This document shows, piece after piece, positions 30,062 through 45,568 of a stretch of DNA of 64,000 nt. The notes under the pieces are model-generated. The model made no database searches. It worked only from the letters and a program-made list of their open reading frames with translations, and had not been told where the DNA came from. Within the stretch, counting starts at the first letter, position 1. Every line of letters begins with the position of its first letter. The stretch comes from Eledone cirrhosa (lineage: Eukaryota), in NCBI GenBank assembly GCA_964016885.1, contig OZ024743.1:232748001-232812000 (forward strand). Direction: 5' to 3'. The translations under genes and the position numbers were made by a program.

Positions 30062-30334
30062 ATAAATAAGTAAATTAAATAAAATAAATAAAATAAGATA
30101 AATAAATACATACACAAGCACATAAACACACACTAGTCACCCAGCTGACACAACACTATACACACTAGTCACACATCACACATAACACAATACACACACG
30201 CAAACGCATGCGCAAAGAAGACAAAATAAAATAAGATAAACAAACAAGCAAATAAATAAATAAATATATAGACAGACTGAACAAAAAAAATGGCGTAGAC
30301 ATACAACACAACAGGAGGAACAATGAATATAACA

Positions 30335-30374
30335 CCACTGACGATGTTGCAGATGTGCAACGAAAGATTTATGT
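30335..30374 (+). ncRNA. Type I hammerhead ribozyme in PLE 3' UTR
   Basis: ca-CTGACGA-tgttgca gatg tgcaac-GAAA-gatt-TA-tg, about 280 nt after the stop, sense strand. Confidence 0.75.
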
Positions 30375-30587
30375 AAATTATGTAAACTATATATATATGT
30401 GTTTGTCTATATTGTATCTGTATTATTTTTGACCGCCGGTCAGTCAATGGCAACATTGAGGACCGAGTAAGTTAGATCGCAGATATATATATATAAAAGA
30501 CAGCGAGAAGCGAAAACCAACCAAACAGTGAGTGTGTTCTGTTATTAATTCTGGCAATATTACGCAAATATGACCCTCCCCAAATAT

Positions 30588-30627
<40 letters not shown>

Positions 30628-32060
30628 GTATCCACAGTAAGTTGTGGGGTCTATTCTGCATGAAGAACTCGATGTAATCCATATGTTGAAAATGTTGGAG
30701 GTTAAGATAAATCTCAGTAAACAATAAAACATTAAAAGGAAAACAGAGTCATGATATGAGTTAAAACAATGAAATAAAAAATCAAGTCTTTAGAGATATA
30801 CTTCACTGCTTTACGATCGTTTCTAGATGGTGATAATACATTGTATCTATACTCAGTTATTGATCTATGTAAGTTTACAAACTATCAGATAAAGAGAATA
30901 TTTACTTACATGCATATCACCAGCTGTTTTCAAAAGCAATAATAATTTTATTCAATAATAATTTTACTCAGAATTAGTAGCATGTTAGTGTTATGTCCTT
31001 ATTTGGAGTTAGTTGAAGAACTAACGAATCAAATTGTTTTTTTTTTCATATGGTGTTAAGATGAAAAGTAATACACCTTAGTTGAGGTCATGACCCTTTA
31101 AAAGGAATGGTTGAAGGTTGTTAGTAGAGTTGGCATACAAATCTATTAGGAAGGAAAGGGATTGACAAACTGATAGTTGAATGTATCTGGTATAGTGAAT
31201 TTAAAAGGAATGTCAAGATAAATGGTGTTTAGTGTTGTATTGAGTTTTAAGGTGAATATAAATTAATGTTATGGCTAGGAAAGATAGTATATTAAAAGAT
31301 GAAAATTATAAGATAATGAGATATAGTAATGCGATAATATACAAAGTAACCAACACAATATAGTACGGTGAGGTAAATTGCACTCAGTATAATATAGCAT
31401 ATTATACGCTCTAAAATATTACTAAGTATGTTTATGCATAAACAATCAAACTCAGATAAATACATGTTGGCATAGTTAAAACACATAAATTTCATAGTCT
31501 ACAAAGTGCACATATCCACACTATATATAGAGAGAGGTACAGTTATATTGATATCTGACCAAAAATATACATACGTACAAATAGATGCAAACCTAAATAC
31601 ACATCCACACGCATGCATATAATCATATATATACATATTCATACATATCTATATCCACACATACACATCTATACCCCCATATATACATATACATATACAC
31701 ACACACACACACATATATATATATACACACACTCATACATACATACATATATACATATACATACCTATACACACATACATACATACATACATACATACAT
31801 ACATACATACATACATACATACATACATACATACATACATACATACACATATACACATATATATGTGTACATATATACATATACATATATATTCTTCTCC
31901 CCATTTTTTCATATATATGTATATATATAAACATATATACAACACATACACACACATACACATATATATATATATATATACACATGTGTGAGTATATATA
32001 CACTCCTCTTACATGTGCACATACTCATATATAAACATTCATACACCTCTACTCACATAT

Positions 32061-32155
<95 letters not shown>

Positions 32156-32169
32156 TATATATATACACC

Positions 32170-32506
<337 letters not shown>

Positions 32507-32577
32507 CATACACATACACACATATACATATACAAGTATATACACATATACACATATACACATACATAAACATATAT

Positions 32578-32630
<53 letters not shown>

Positions 32631-33022
32631 AATATACACACATAAATATATTTCCACATCATACATAGATGTATATTTTTACTCATGCAATTACGGGTCG
32701 TTGTGTATCTTGTTACCTTTAGTCATTAACGCATAAATCTAAGGAAGCTAAAACATTAAAAGGCAAAAATAAGCATCAAAGCATATAATTAGGGGAAAGA
32801 GGTACTAATAAATGTTACTCGATACGGAATTATAGTGAGTTGCTATTTAGAATATTTAATTAGGTTTATAGTATTTAATTAGGTTTATAGTATTTAAATG
32901 TTTTTCGTATACGATTATTACAGACTATGATCAATTCCTGTCTTTTATTTAATAAATCGTCCTTATATTTAGTAATTTCCAAGATCTCTCCTGAATATAA
33001 TCTGCATTCCCTCCTGTTCCCA

Positions 33023-34970
33023 CTATGGGATAACACTTCCCAAGTTATCGAATGGTTTACTAGCATTGAGAATAAAAACTCAGCTTCATTCAATTCGACA
33101 TCGATTCCTACTATTCTTCGATTTTTCCAATTCTTCGATTTCTCCAATTCTTTTAAACAAAGCACTGATCTTTGCCAGAAATAGATCGGATTTATCTACT
33201 GAGGAAATGAACATCATAACTCACGCTAGAACAACCTTACTAAACTTCCAAGATGAATATTGGACAAGAAACACGTATAATAACTTATTCGATATTACGA
33301 TGGGATCCATGGACTCTGCTCAAGTTACAGACCTCGTTGGACTATTTCTCCTCTATAACATTCATGACACTTTTCCCCACCTCAAAGGTGGTCTTTATCG
33401 TGATGATTGTCTATTGTTATCTAACAATCTTAGTAATTCCAAGATAGAGAAGAACAAAAAACAAATTTGAAAATTCCTCAAGGACTATTACAGCCTTAGC
33501 ATCACTTTTGAAAACACTTCAAAAGTAGCTAATTTCCTTGATGTTACCTTAGATTTCTCTAAGAATACTTATCAACCATACCACAAACCTAACCAGAATC
33601 TACTTTATGTACATTCACGATCTAACCACCCTGACTCTATACTTAAGAACTTAGTATATAACATATCACTTAGTCTTTCTAAATTATCTTCCAATGAAGA
33701 TATATTTTATAATAATGCACCCTTCTACAACGAGGCCTTAACTAGAAGTGGATATAAAGAAAAAATCTCATATATCCCCAACACTACTATGGACCAAAAC
33801 ATAAAACCTAACAAAAACTACAAACACCAAAAAATACCATTGAAACAAATACCTAAAGTGGTTATTGCTATTACACCAAACAACCGAAAAACCACAACAA
33901 CTATTACTACATGATCTATGACTAATGTTATCAACCCACATATGAATACCAAGCACTCAAAATCTCATAATCTACCCAAAAATAACACCAAATACAACCA
34001 CGATAATTTACCAAATTCCACAAATAAGGACACTAACCATAGGAATTCTTCTAGAACACAACACAATAATATAAGGGATAATAAAAACAACTAAAAACCG
34101 CAAAAGAAACACAACATAGTACAACGTACCCTTCAACCTGCAAACTATTGGACAAATCCCCAAAAAATTATTTGAAATACTACATAAGCATTTTCCACCA
34201 AACCACAGATACCACCAAATATTTAACAAATATACTGTTAAATTCTCATACTCTACATCAAGCAATCTCAAAGAAAAAATAAGCAACTGCAACATTTATA
34301 AACTTAAAAATAATATGACTACACCACCGCAACATAATTTAAATAGACAAATAATACAATCCTTCAACCTAGAAAACACAACCACCCAAATCACCAACAC
34401 AAAAACAACAGAACACAAAATTACAATAGAACTCTAGCACCAAACCACCCACAAAGCAACCTTCATTCTCCTGCTATCATTAATTACATTAGGAATAGCT
34501 CAAGGATAAATGAGAATAGTATAGGCACCCCCAAAAACCATCTTACGTATGGCTGTAATTGCAGAAATAGAAGCATTTCCCCCTTAAATGGAAACTTTGA
34601 TTAATAATGTAATATATAAATGCACTGTGTCTACTACAGACTCCAACAAAACATATATAGGATCTACATCAAACACATTTAAGAAAAGATTTTACGCACA
34701 CTTTAGTAGTTTTAACAATACTAAACTAGCAAACACCACATCTTTTGCTGAAGCGGTAAATAATTATGAAAAGAAAAAAATAGATTTCAAGTTATCGTGA
34801 AACACCATTCTACAAAAAACTCCATATCTTGGGAACAGGAGGGAATGCAGATTATGTTCAGGAGAGATCTTGGAAATTACTAAATATAAGGACGATTTAT
34901 TAAATAAAAGACAGGAATTGTTCATAGTCTGTAATCACCGTATACGAAAAATATTTAAATACTATAAACC
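33023..34970 (+). pseudogene. Frameshifted PLE RT + GIY-YIG (Hydra-clade-like motifs)
   Basis: LWDNTSQVIEWF, FDITMGSMDSAQVTDLVG, GGLYRDD, NVIYKCTV..YIGST; stops and frameshifts. Confidence 0.9.
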
Positions 34971-35222
34971 TAATTAAATACTATAAACCTATTTAAAAAT
35001 TCTAAATAGCAACTCACTATAATTCCGTATAGAGTAACATTTATTAGTACCTCTTTCCCCTAATTATATGCTTTCGTGCTTATTTTTGCCTTTTAATGTT
35101 TTAGCTTCCTTAGATGTATGCGTTAATGACTAAAGGTAACAAGATACACAACCACCCGTAATTGAATGAGTAAAAAATATACATCTATGTATGATATGGA
35201 AATATATTTATGTGTGTATATT

Positions 35223-35263
<41 letters not shown>

Positions 35264-35316
35264 ATATATGTTTATGTATGTGTATATGTGTATATGTGTA
35301 TATACTTGTATATGTA

Positions 35317-35396
<80 letters not shown>

Positions 35397-35758
35397 GGTG
35401 TATATATATATATGTATATGTATATATATATATATTTATATATATGTGTGTGTGTTTGTGTGTGTGTATATGTGAGTATAGGTGTATGAATGTTTATATA
35501 TGAGTATGTGCACATGTAAGAGGAGTGTACATATACTCACACATGTTTATATATATATGTATATGTGTGTGTATGTGTTGTATATATGTATATATATATA
35601 TATATATGTATATGTATATATGTATATATATATATGTGTGTGTATATGTGTATGTATGTATGTATGTATGTATGTATGTATGTATGTGTGTGTGTATAGG
35701 TATATATATGTATATATATATGTATGTATGAGTGTGTGTGTGTATATATACATATATG

Positions 35759-35802
<44 letters not shown>

Positions 35803-36557
35803 AGTGAGTGTGTATGTATATATGGGGGTATAGATGTGTATGTGTGGATATATATATGTATGTATATGTATATATATGATTATATGCATGCGTTTGGATG
35901 TGTATTTAGGTTTGCATCTATTTGTACGTATGAATATTTTTGGTCAGATATCAATATAACTGTACCTCTCTATATATATAGTGTGGATATGTGCACTTTG
36001 TAGACTATGAAATTTATGTGTTTTAACTATGCCAACATGTATTTATCTGAGTTTGATTGTTTATGCATAAACATACTTAGTAATATTTTAGAGCGTATAA
36101 ATATGCTATATTATACTGAATGCAATTTACCACACCGTACTATATTGTGTTGGTTGCGTTGTATATTATCGCATTACTACATCTCATTATCTTATAATTT
36201 TCATCGTTTAATATACTATCTTTCCTAGCCATAACATTAATTTATATTCACCTTAAAATTCAATACAACACTAATCACCATTTATCTTGACATTCCTTTT
36301 AAATTCATTATACCAGATACATTCAACTATCAGTTTGACAATCCCCTTCCTTCCTAATAGATTTTTATGCCAACTCTACTAACAGCCTTCAACAATTCCT
36401 TTCAAAAGGTCATGACCTCAACTAAAGTGTATTTCTTTTCATCTTAGCACCATATGAAAAAAACAATTTGATTCGTTAGTTCTTCAACTACATCCAAATA
36501 AGAACATAATACTAACATGCTACTAATTCTGAGTAAAATTATTATTGAATAAAATTA

Positions 36558-36697
36558 TTATTGCTTTTGAAAACAGCTGGTGATATGCATGTAAGTAAAT
36601 ATTCTCTCTATCTGATAGTTTGTAAACTTACATAGATCATTAACTGAGTATAGATACAATGTATTATCACCATCTAGAAACGATCGTAAAGCAGTGA
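36558..36697 (+). ncRNA. Hammerhead ribozyme, U3-A8 variant (mirror 30803-30943 minus)
   Basis: ttattgctt-TTGAAAA-ag.tggtgata..tatcacca.ct-GAAA-cgatcg-TA-aagcagtga. Confidence 0.75.
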
Positions 36698-36867
36698 AGT
36701 ATATCTCTAAAGACTTGACTTTTTTATTTCATTGTTTTAACTTATATATATATATACATATATATAACCAACTGTTAATAAGGTTCATTGATTACTCAAT
36801 GAATATAGTTTTACAATAGATTCAAAGCACTCAACAATGAAGTTTTCTGGAGTTATTAATATTATTC

Positions 36868-37142
36868 CAAATATTAATAAATGAAGACGTTCACATAATC
36901 AAAATATATGTTTTATTATATATATTTTTCAGAGGTACTGTGCTGCTTTTTCAGTACGCCCTCGTTAGATAAAATACATACATTAATGTACGACATACCT
37001 CAACTGTTTGAGACTGAATCAATTTATGTATTTTATCTGATGAGGACGTACTGAAAAAACAGCACAGTACCTCCGAAAAATATATATAATAAAACATATA
37101 TTTTGATTATGTGAACGTCGTCATTTATTAATATTTTGAATA

Positions 37143-37145
<3 letters not shown>
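36868..37145. repeat. Foldback element, arms about 36868-36980 / 37026-37145
   Basis: Reverse-complementary arms. Confidence 0.85.
37031..37094 (+). ncRNA. Type I hammerhead ribozyme
   Basis: ttttat-CTGATGA-gga.gtactg..cagtac.tcc-GAAA-..-TA-ataaaa. Confidence 0.7.
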
Positions 37146-37214
<69 letters not shown>

Positions 37215-37234
37215 TGTATAAATATATATACATG

Positions 37235-37297
<63 letters not shown>

Positions 37298-37317
37298 TGT
37301 ATAAATATATATACATG

Positions 37318-37385
<68 letters not shown>

Positions 37386-37525
37386 TTTTGTTTTAATCAT
37401 TTCCTAACCCAGAAAAAAGAGAGAAAGAAATAAAAAAGGAAAAAAAAATTTTTTTCTTCCTAATAATCGTCTCTTTCTCCCTGTTTTCATATATATATAT
37501 ATATATGCATATGTGTATGTGAGTG

Positions 37526-37664
<139 letters not shown>

Positions 37665-37966
37665 ATCTGTATGGGTGTTAGGTTACTACTGGTTACATCG
37701 CCTTCTCTCTCTCTAGCACCAACCAATGATACAACATTACATAAGAAGATCACATCTCAGGTCACATTACACTACTTTATTAAAGTTAGTTCTATTTCTA
37801 TTCTATCAAAGTAATATTATTTCTATTTCTGTCCTCATTTATATATTCATTGTTATTTCTATTCTTAAACCGACTGGTACGTATACTACAGATAAATATT
37901 GCATTTCAGTATGTATGTATATATGTGTGTCAATATATTTATGAATGTATATATACACACACACAC

Positions 37967-37997
<31 letters not shown>

Positions 37998-38003
<6 letters not shown>

Positions 38004-38337
38004 TAAGAGGAATTCCAACTTTGTCTGATTTACTCGTTTTATTTACAATCCTTTAAAATATATAATGGTATTATAATGAAATAGAATATTAAATTCTAAG
38101 TGTTAATTGAACAAGTACTTTCATGCTTTCGCAATCTTCAGGTTCATAATATGTGGTGACAGTCGAGTTTGCAATTTTCAACTGTGAAAATTTTCACAGT
38201 TGTGAAAGTACTTGTTCAATTAACACTTAGAATTTAATATTCTATCATACTATTTCATTATAATACCATTATATATTTTAAAGGATTGTAAATAAAACGA
38301 GTAAATCAGACAAAGTTGGAATTCCTCTTATTAATAT
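37998..38337. repeat. Foldback element, arms 37998-38123 / 38204-38337
   Basis: Reverse-complementary arms; minimal CTGAAGAttgcGAAA motif on minus strand at about 38125-38140. Confidence 0.85.
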
Positions 38338-38659
38338 AATCTTCTATACACAATCATACACACCCGTGTATATTTACCTATCTATATCTATATATATATA
38401 TATATATATATATATGCTTATATATATATGTGTGTGTGTGTGTGTTTGCGTGTTTGTATGTGTGTGTGTGTTGTGTGTGTGTGTGTGTGTGTCCGGGGTT
38501 CAATCGGGTGTAACCACAAATAGTAAGGTACTCAATAGTAAGGTAGAGTGTAAACATCAAGTCATATATAGAAATGGCTTTTTCGGTCTTTTGAATGAAA
38601 TGGTTCTATTCCTGTAGAAGCCATTTGTATATTTAACATTATATATATATATATATCTT

Positions 38660-38914
38660 TTCTAAAAAAAGATATCATACACAAAACGCCAGGATCAACA
38701 GTTTTCCAAGAGATGGCAACATGAATGAACTTGTTATTTTTCTATAAAAACATGTTTTCCAATTCTACACCACTCGTTCCTTCAATTTTGAAGGACTAAC
38801 GTCCGAAACGTTAAGACCCTCTTCCTGCTATTTCAAGCGTTAACCTAATATATTCCTTCCATATACTGTATCGATTGTGTTGTTATTCTGTTTACCTTTT
38901 ACGTACACCCCCCC

Positions 38915-38977
<63 letters not shown>

Positions 38978-39026
38978 GTGTGTGTATCTAAAAGGTAAAC
39001 AGAACACACACATACACACACACACT

Positions 39027-39077
<51 letters not shown>

Positions 39078-39183
39078 ATCTAAAAGGTAAACAGAATAAC
39101 AACACAATCGATACAGTATATGGAAGGAATATATTAGGTTAACGCTTGAAATAGCAGGAAGATGGTCTTAACATTTCGGACGC
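38660..39183. mobile_element. PLE terminal relic with inverted arm (38800-38900 / 39080-39183); family also at 49569-49840
   Basis: Reverse-complementary arms; GAAAcgtTAaga HHR half. Confidence 0.75.
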
Positions 39184-39214
<31 letters not shown>

Positions 39215-39493
39215 GGAATAGTATGAAACGAAATTTCATTTCTCACTCTTACAACGGCACTTACTTAAATGTAAGTATGTATGTATACGTACATACATAT
39301 ATGTATACAGACGTACAGTACTATGTATATATATATACATACATGCACACACATATATATATGCACGTATCGGTTTACCGAACATTTATTATAATGCTCG
39401 GTGTGTTTGTTTGTAAACAAACAAACAGCCCGAATTACGCCGTACAGTGTTTAGGTAAGCACGTCACCTTTTTGTGCAACATTGACACAGGAA

Positions 39494-39534
39494 TGATGTA
39501 CTAGTTTCAAGCTTATTAGCTATCGTCAGCATCA
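39494..39534 (-). ncRNA. Type I hammerhead ribozyme (inverted copy 39659-39695 plus)
   Basis: tgatg-CTGACGA-tagc..gctt-GAAA-ctag-TA-catca; stem I covaries with 25963-26003. Confidence 0.85.
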
Positions 39535-39918
39535 TATACCCTCCTGCCAGATGGTCGAACGTCTAAAAGTATATACTTTCCTTATGCATATTAACGACTC
39601 AGCAACCTAATTTACATATCGAGTGAGTTCAGTCGGCCGGGCACACCGAAAACGATAAATGCTGACGATAGATAATAAGCTTGAAACTATTACATCGTTC
39701 CTGTGTCAGTGTTGAACAAAAAGGTGACGTGGTTGCCTAAACACTGTACGGCGTAATTCGGGCTGTTTGTTTGTTTACAAACAAACAAACCGAGCATTAT
39801 AATAAATGTTCGGTAAACCGATACGTGCATATATATATGTATGCATGTATGTATATATATACATACTACAGTACGTCTGTATACATATATGTATGTACGT
39901 ATACATACATACATACTT

Positions 39919-39977
<59 letters not shown>

Positions 39978-40143
39978 TATATATATATATATATGGCTGA
40001 CTAAATACACACGTGTCTTTTTCGCATCTTTTCCGTTCTTTCCTCTTGTCAAAGAACTTTCAATTTCAATTTCAATGTGGTTCTACACTCACCTCGACAG
40101 GGTAAATTTTAAAAAGTGTTTGGTTACATGAATTAGGTCTTCG

Positions 40144-40275
<132 letters not shown>

Positions 40276-40455
40276 TGAAGCAAAACGATGGGACAACATA
40301 TATAAAAAATTAATTACTTTACACTATTAAGTATAAATAAATATATAGTGCAAAGTTTAAGTGCCATAATTATTAGAAATGTATTTAATATTTAAATAGT
40401 GTATATATAAATATATATATACATATATATATACATATATATATATATATGTGCA

Positions 40456-40491
<36 letters not shown>

Positions 40492-40715
40492 TGTGCGTGC
40501 GTGTGTTTTACAATTGCTAATTAATTTATAGTTTGCAATTACTGATTAAGTGGTAATTACTAACGAAGCTATAATAGAGGTCAGTAATAAAAACACAAAT
40601 AATAATAATTAATTAGTTAATGAAAATCTTTTCTATAAAACAACAGAATAAAAAGTTAAGGTTAAGTAATAAGGGAGAAATGGAAATATTTACAAATTTA
40701 AGCTAAAGGTGTTTA

Positions 40716-40736
40716 TCTGTATATATATAAAATTAA

Positions 40737-40783
<47 letters not shown>

Positions 40784-41528
40784 TTACGACCGATATTCAT
40801 GAAACTTTATAGGCTCATAGATTAGTCATCGGGGAGTGTTTTCTATATATCAGCGTATCGTTTTTTTTTTTTATTCCGGGGCCATTCTTCAGATAAAAAT
40901 CGATTGGGAGTCACCTTTTTTTAGGTATCGAAAAATAAGATGTTTGGCTCTAGCTTCCACATTTTGCCACCGATTTCGTTCAAATTTTAAATCAAAATAG
41001 AATTTATCATTGCACATCCTGTAATGGCTTTATATTTTGTATTTGTTCTTCAGGAACGGCGTGGCAGCCGCTTAAATATTCAAAAGTACCACTTTTAGAC
41101 TCAAATTTCCACTTTTTGCGCTCTAGCTCCCACATTAATCAGCGTTCTTTGTTCAAATTTTACACTACACTAGATCTCTGATTCTTTTTCGTCTTAAAGT
41201 GGCTTTATATTTTGGAGATTTTGTACAGGAACGGCGTGGCAACCGCTTAAATATTCGAAAACCCCACCTTTTCGCTCAAATTTCCGCCTTTTCTGCTCTA
41301 TCTCCCACATTTTTCAACCGATTTCGTTCAAATTCGAACTACACCCCCCAGCATTCCCCTTCGTCAGTGACCCGCGATTCTCAGTGATAGAAGTCATCAC
41401 CACCATCCCCCGCATGGCCTATGTGTGGCCATAGATGAGTCATCGAGAAGCAGTCGCTAAGATCAACACCTTTTCATCAAAGCAGATATTATTTTACCTA
41501 CCCAGGCAACGCTGGATACTGCTGCTAG
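40716..41528 (+). mobile_element. Non-autonomous Helitron
   Basis: A|TC 5' end (tctgtatatatataaaa), (TG)n, internal tandem units of about 175 bp, 3' hairpin cccaggcaacgctgg and CTAG|T. Confidence 0.75.
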
Positions 41529-41788
41529 TAGTTAATATTTACAAATCAAATCTATTTATTTAGGCGTAAATATACAAATAAATGTGTGTATATTTTTAGA
41601 TAAATGTATGCACATACAATAGAGAATGGCGGATTCTTGAATTATTGGAGATTCCAATAATATTTCTTCCCCATATGAAACCATAGGAGGGAGATCTATA
41701 TATAAGTGAGGTTATATAGAATACTTTTTTTTGTCTATCTGTTTATATTCCCATTGAAGTGGTAACACGACAGTTAGTTCACAATACC

Positions 41789-41824
41789 GAGAACAATTGT
41801 TTCACCTTAGCGGATCCTCAACTC
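41789..41824 (-). ncRNA. Hammerhead ribozyme, one core mismatch
   Basis: gag-TTGAGGA-tccgctaaggt-GAAA-caattg-TT-ctc; the other arm retains gagCTGAGG. Confidence 0.65.
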
Positions 41825-41999
41825 GTAATTGACATGGTTATACGGAACATGAAGGACAGCGGTATGAACGCGCATGCGCTGAAAGGTCACTTCACCCAGG
41901 CAATACAAAACTGCGTGCGAGAGGTGTAAGGGAGATAACTGCGAAAGTCCAAAAGGTTCTAGTTAATAAGAAAATAATGATGTTGTTGTTGTTCAATCC

Positions 42000-42500
42000 G
42001 GAGCGTTGTAGTTATGCAAGAGGTGTTTCCAGACATGTGGACAGCGTGTGAAGAATTCATAACTTGAGTTTAGGCAATCGCTATTGTGTAATCTCTTTAG
42101 AATATTTATCCGTTCATCAATACATAGTCCACTAGACGGATTGCCCTTGCGTATGGCTTGGACTTAGTGATAGCTTTCCATTGAATGGAGTAGTCTATAC
42201 TTGAGTCTTTGAGGGACCATACGTGGCTTACGAGTTTCGTGGATGATCGTTTGTCCGAGTACATAAAGGTCGACTGGTGGTTCAGGAAGCGTTCCTTAAA
42301 TCGGTCCTCCGCCATACCCACATAGAATTTGACCTCCTGTGTTTGATTTGGTCGGTTAGAAGTGACCACAGTTTCATAAACTACAGCGGGTGTGTTGCAT
42401 TGCTGTTCAAGGGGACAAGCTTCAGGCTTTCGGCAAGAGCACCCTGGTGAGGTGTTGCTCTTAGGGCTGTTGGTGATGTGGGCCTTCATATTGTAAGCGC
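42000..42500 (-). pseudogene. PLE GIY-YIG endonuclease fragment
   Basis: CSCRKPEACPLEQQC, VVY..FYVG, FKERFLNH, YSIQWK. Confidence 0.85.
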
Positions 42501-42710
42501 AAAAATAGACAAACTATCTGGTTCTGTCATCCCTTCTCACTCAACGTTAAAACTAATATAGGAAAAGAAATTTTAGCCCTCTTAGATAGACACTTTCCCA
42601 TAGGTCACAAATACCACTCCCTCTTAACAGACACAAAGTAAAACTAAGGTACTCCTGCACTAAGAATTAGAAGTCCCACGTCACCAACAGCCCTAAGAGC
42701 AACACCCCAC

Positions 42711-42838
42711 AAGAAGAAGAAGAAGAAGAAGAAGAAGAAGAAGAAGAAGAAGAAGAAGAAGAAGAAGAAGAAGAAGAAGAAGAAGAAGAAGAAGAAGAAG
42801 AAGAAGAAGAAGAAGAACAACAACAACAACAACAACAA
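42711..42838 (+). repeat. (GAA)n(CAA)n microsatellite
   Basis: Directly visible. Confidence 0.95.
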
Positions 42839-43088
42839 AAACTTTTGGACTTTCGCAGTTATCTCCCTTACACCTCTCGCACGCAGTTTGTATAGCCTGG
42901 GTGAAGTGACCGTTTCTGCGCATGCGCATTCATACTTGTCCTTCCTGTTCCGTATTACCATGTCCATTACGAGCTGAGGTGAATTGTTCTCGGTATGGTG
43001 AACTAACTGTTGTGTTACCACTTCCACCTAATTCGTCCCATGGACTGAGTGCTCTACCACTACGGATAGTACCTTCCAGTGTTCTACC

Positions 43089-43135
<47 letters not shown>

Positions 43136-43336
43136 ATAGGAAAAGAGTCAGGACCTTGACGGCTGAAATCTGGCCGTTTCGACAGCTAGATCCGGACGTT
43201 CGGATCTAGCTGTCGAAACGTCCAGAGCTCAACCGTCGGGGTCCTGACTCTTTTCCTATTGCCCATTCTACTGCCCTAAGTATCGAGTACTCTGGTGCGT
43301 TATGGTCCTTCTGTTTCCTTATCACACTTTCTTTGT

Positions 43337-43369
<33 letters not shown>

Positions 43370-43614
43370 AAGAAAGTGTAGTAAGGAAACAGAAGGACCA
43401 TAAACTATATGCTGAACTCCATACATTTTTGTTGAGATTTTTCGGAATGTTATGACTGCTGTTTCTTGTAAACAGACATTCGTCTCATTCTGACGTCACT
43501 AGCTATGTTCTCCATGTGTGTTTATTTTCATAATTCCACACGAGATGCACTAGCCTGCTTTTAAATTCCCTTTCTGGCATATTTTAGCAGTGTTTTTTGG
43601 TTATTGTGTTTTGA

Positions 43615-43695
43615 GCTCTACTGATGAACGACTCCAACCGTGACTAATCCCACTGAAAGGTTTCGTGAAATAGTCTTTTTAAGACTATATAGAGC
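43615..43695 (+). ncRNA. Complete type I hammerhead ribozyme
   Basis: gctcta-CTGATGA-acga..tcgt-GAAA-tagtctt ttt aagacta-TA-tagagc; all core positions and three stems intact. Confidence 0.9.
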
Positions 43696-43942
43696 ATTTG
43701 TAGTTTTTCCAAATTGAAGGGTGAGTATTTAACCTTAATTTTATTCTGAGTTAAGACTCTATTGGTTTTTTCCCTGGATTTCACAAAATCTGTGGATAAA
43801 ATTTCTGTCTTGACTTTTTTTTTAATTGAGCTTGTATTATTTTCCCATATCTTACGTTAAATATTTTCCATCTTGACGTTATAGTCACTTATATATTATG
43901 AAATACTGTTGGCTTCTTGCTCACATTAATTTCTCTATTTTC

Positions 43943-43991
<49 letters not shown>

Positions 43992-44702
43992 CACACAACC
44001 CTCCTCCTGTCTTGACCCTCTGACCACTTCCTGTTGCGCACGCACCCCACATCTCCCCTCTTCCGACCAACCCAACCACGGATTACACATATTGGACATC
44101 GATCCCAAGAATCAACCACATCCCAAGGATATTACCCAGCATTCCACCACATCCTCTACGGAACTACCTTAAGGACTTACCCACTGACATACACTCAGAA
44201 AAAATATTTTCCCACACGCCACCTACATCCACAACACGCATAAACACCACACACACGTGCGTACCACCACATATTTACACACTCAGCCTCCGGAATCCTC
44301 TCCCCCCACCCCGCTGACCCCTCCTCATCCACACACGCACACACACACCGACCTACACTCCACCCCACACACACCTTTTCCTGAACATGCAACCCCGTTC
44401 TACCCCCAACTCTTACTTTCACATACACACACACACACACACACACACGCACACCTACACACACACACACCACCTTCAGCCCTCCCCGCTCGGACACCCC
44501 TCCTCCCTCTCCCCACTCCACCCGCCACCACCCCTACACGTCCCACACCCTTCCACCACCTGTTTTACCTCATGTTTATTTTTATTTTTATTATGCTTTT
44601 ATATTTAATTTCATTTGTACCGTTTCCTCTCACCCCCTTTTTTCTATGTGTCTCTCCACCACTCCCCTACACACACTTGGAACTCTCTTCCCACACACTT
44701 TT

Positions 44703-44736
44703 CACCTGAAGAAGGGCTTATGCCCGAAACGTCGTT
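44703..44736 (+). ncRNA. Minimal hammerhead ribozyme
   Basis: ac-CTGAAGA-agggc ttat gccc-GAAA-cg-TC-gt, at the end of a C/A-rich PLE-type 3' region (43985-44828). Confidence 0.7.
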
Positions 44737-44822
44737 CCCCACTATCACCCCACTCTCAAGAGCGTGAAACTAATAAACCTTTGTTCGTACTGCCTCTCTC
44801 TTTTGTTCCCGTTCAATTTTTT

Positions 44823-44897
<75 letters not shown>

Positions 44898-44899
44898 AC

Positions 44900-44930
<31 letters not shown>

Positions 44931-45527
44931 TAAATGATTATTTAAATTCTTTGGGTCATTGAACACAATTGGTCGACGCGGGAGACCACACATACACACA
45001 CACACATATTTATGCTTATATAGCTGTGTGTGTATCTTATTACTATTTTGACACAACTCCCTTATTTAAAGTAAAATAACCGGGTGCTGGCTGCTTTTTC
45101 TTTAACCGTTATACCACGTGATAATTTCTCCCTCCCGAAAATTTGTCACTTATAGCGGTCAGTTCAAGTAGTAATCCATTTACTTGAGGGGTCTCTTGAA
45201 AAGACGGTAGCCTCACAGGACTGGTGCAACTTTTTGGTGCACGAATACTACAAACCAATTGGCGAAACTGCAGTCGGGATTTTAAGAAAAATGGGTTTAT
45301 TTTTGTCTTTTCTTTCCTCACATATATAATTTCATGTATACATATATATAGATATATGTATATAATTATATATATGTATATATAAATATATATATATATT
45401 TAATATAGAAAGGCTTCTACAGGAATGGAACTGTTTCATTCGGGAGAAATCACCAGGAAGCTTCGTGATGATTTCTCCAGAATGAAACAGTTACTTACTC
45501 TGATTACCCCCGATTGAACCCGAATAA

Positions 45528-45568
<41 letters not shown>

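Larger units (their letters stand above)
27305..30592 (+). mobile_element. Penelope-like retroelement with intact ORF and 3' HHR
   Basis: ORF, 3' UTR HHR, (TA)n flanks; 3' boundary uncertain between about 30390 and 30592. Confidence 0.85.
41755..43026 (-). mobile_element. PLE 3' fragment with inverted arms (41755-41958 / 42840-43026)
   Basis: Arms reverse-complementary; enclose a GIY-YIG fragment. Confidence 0.85.
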
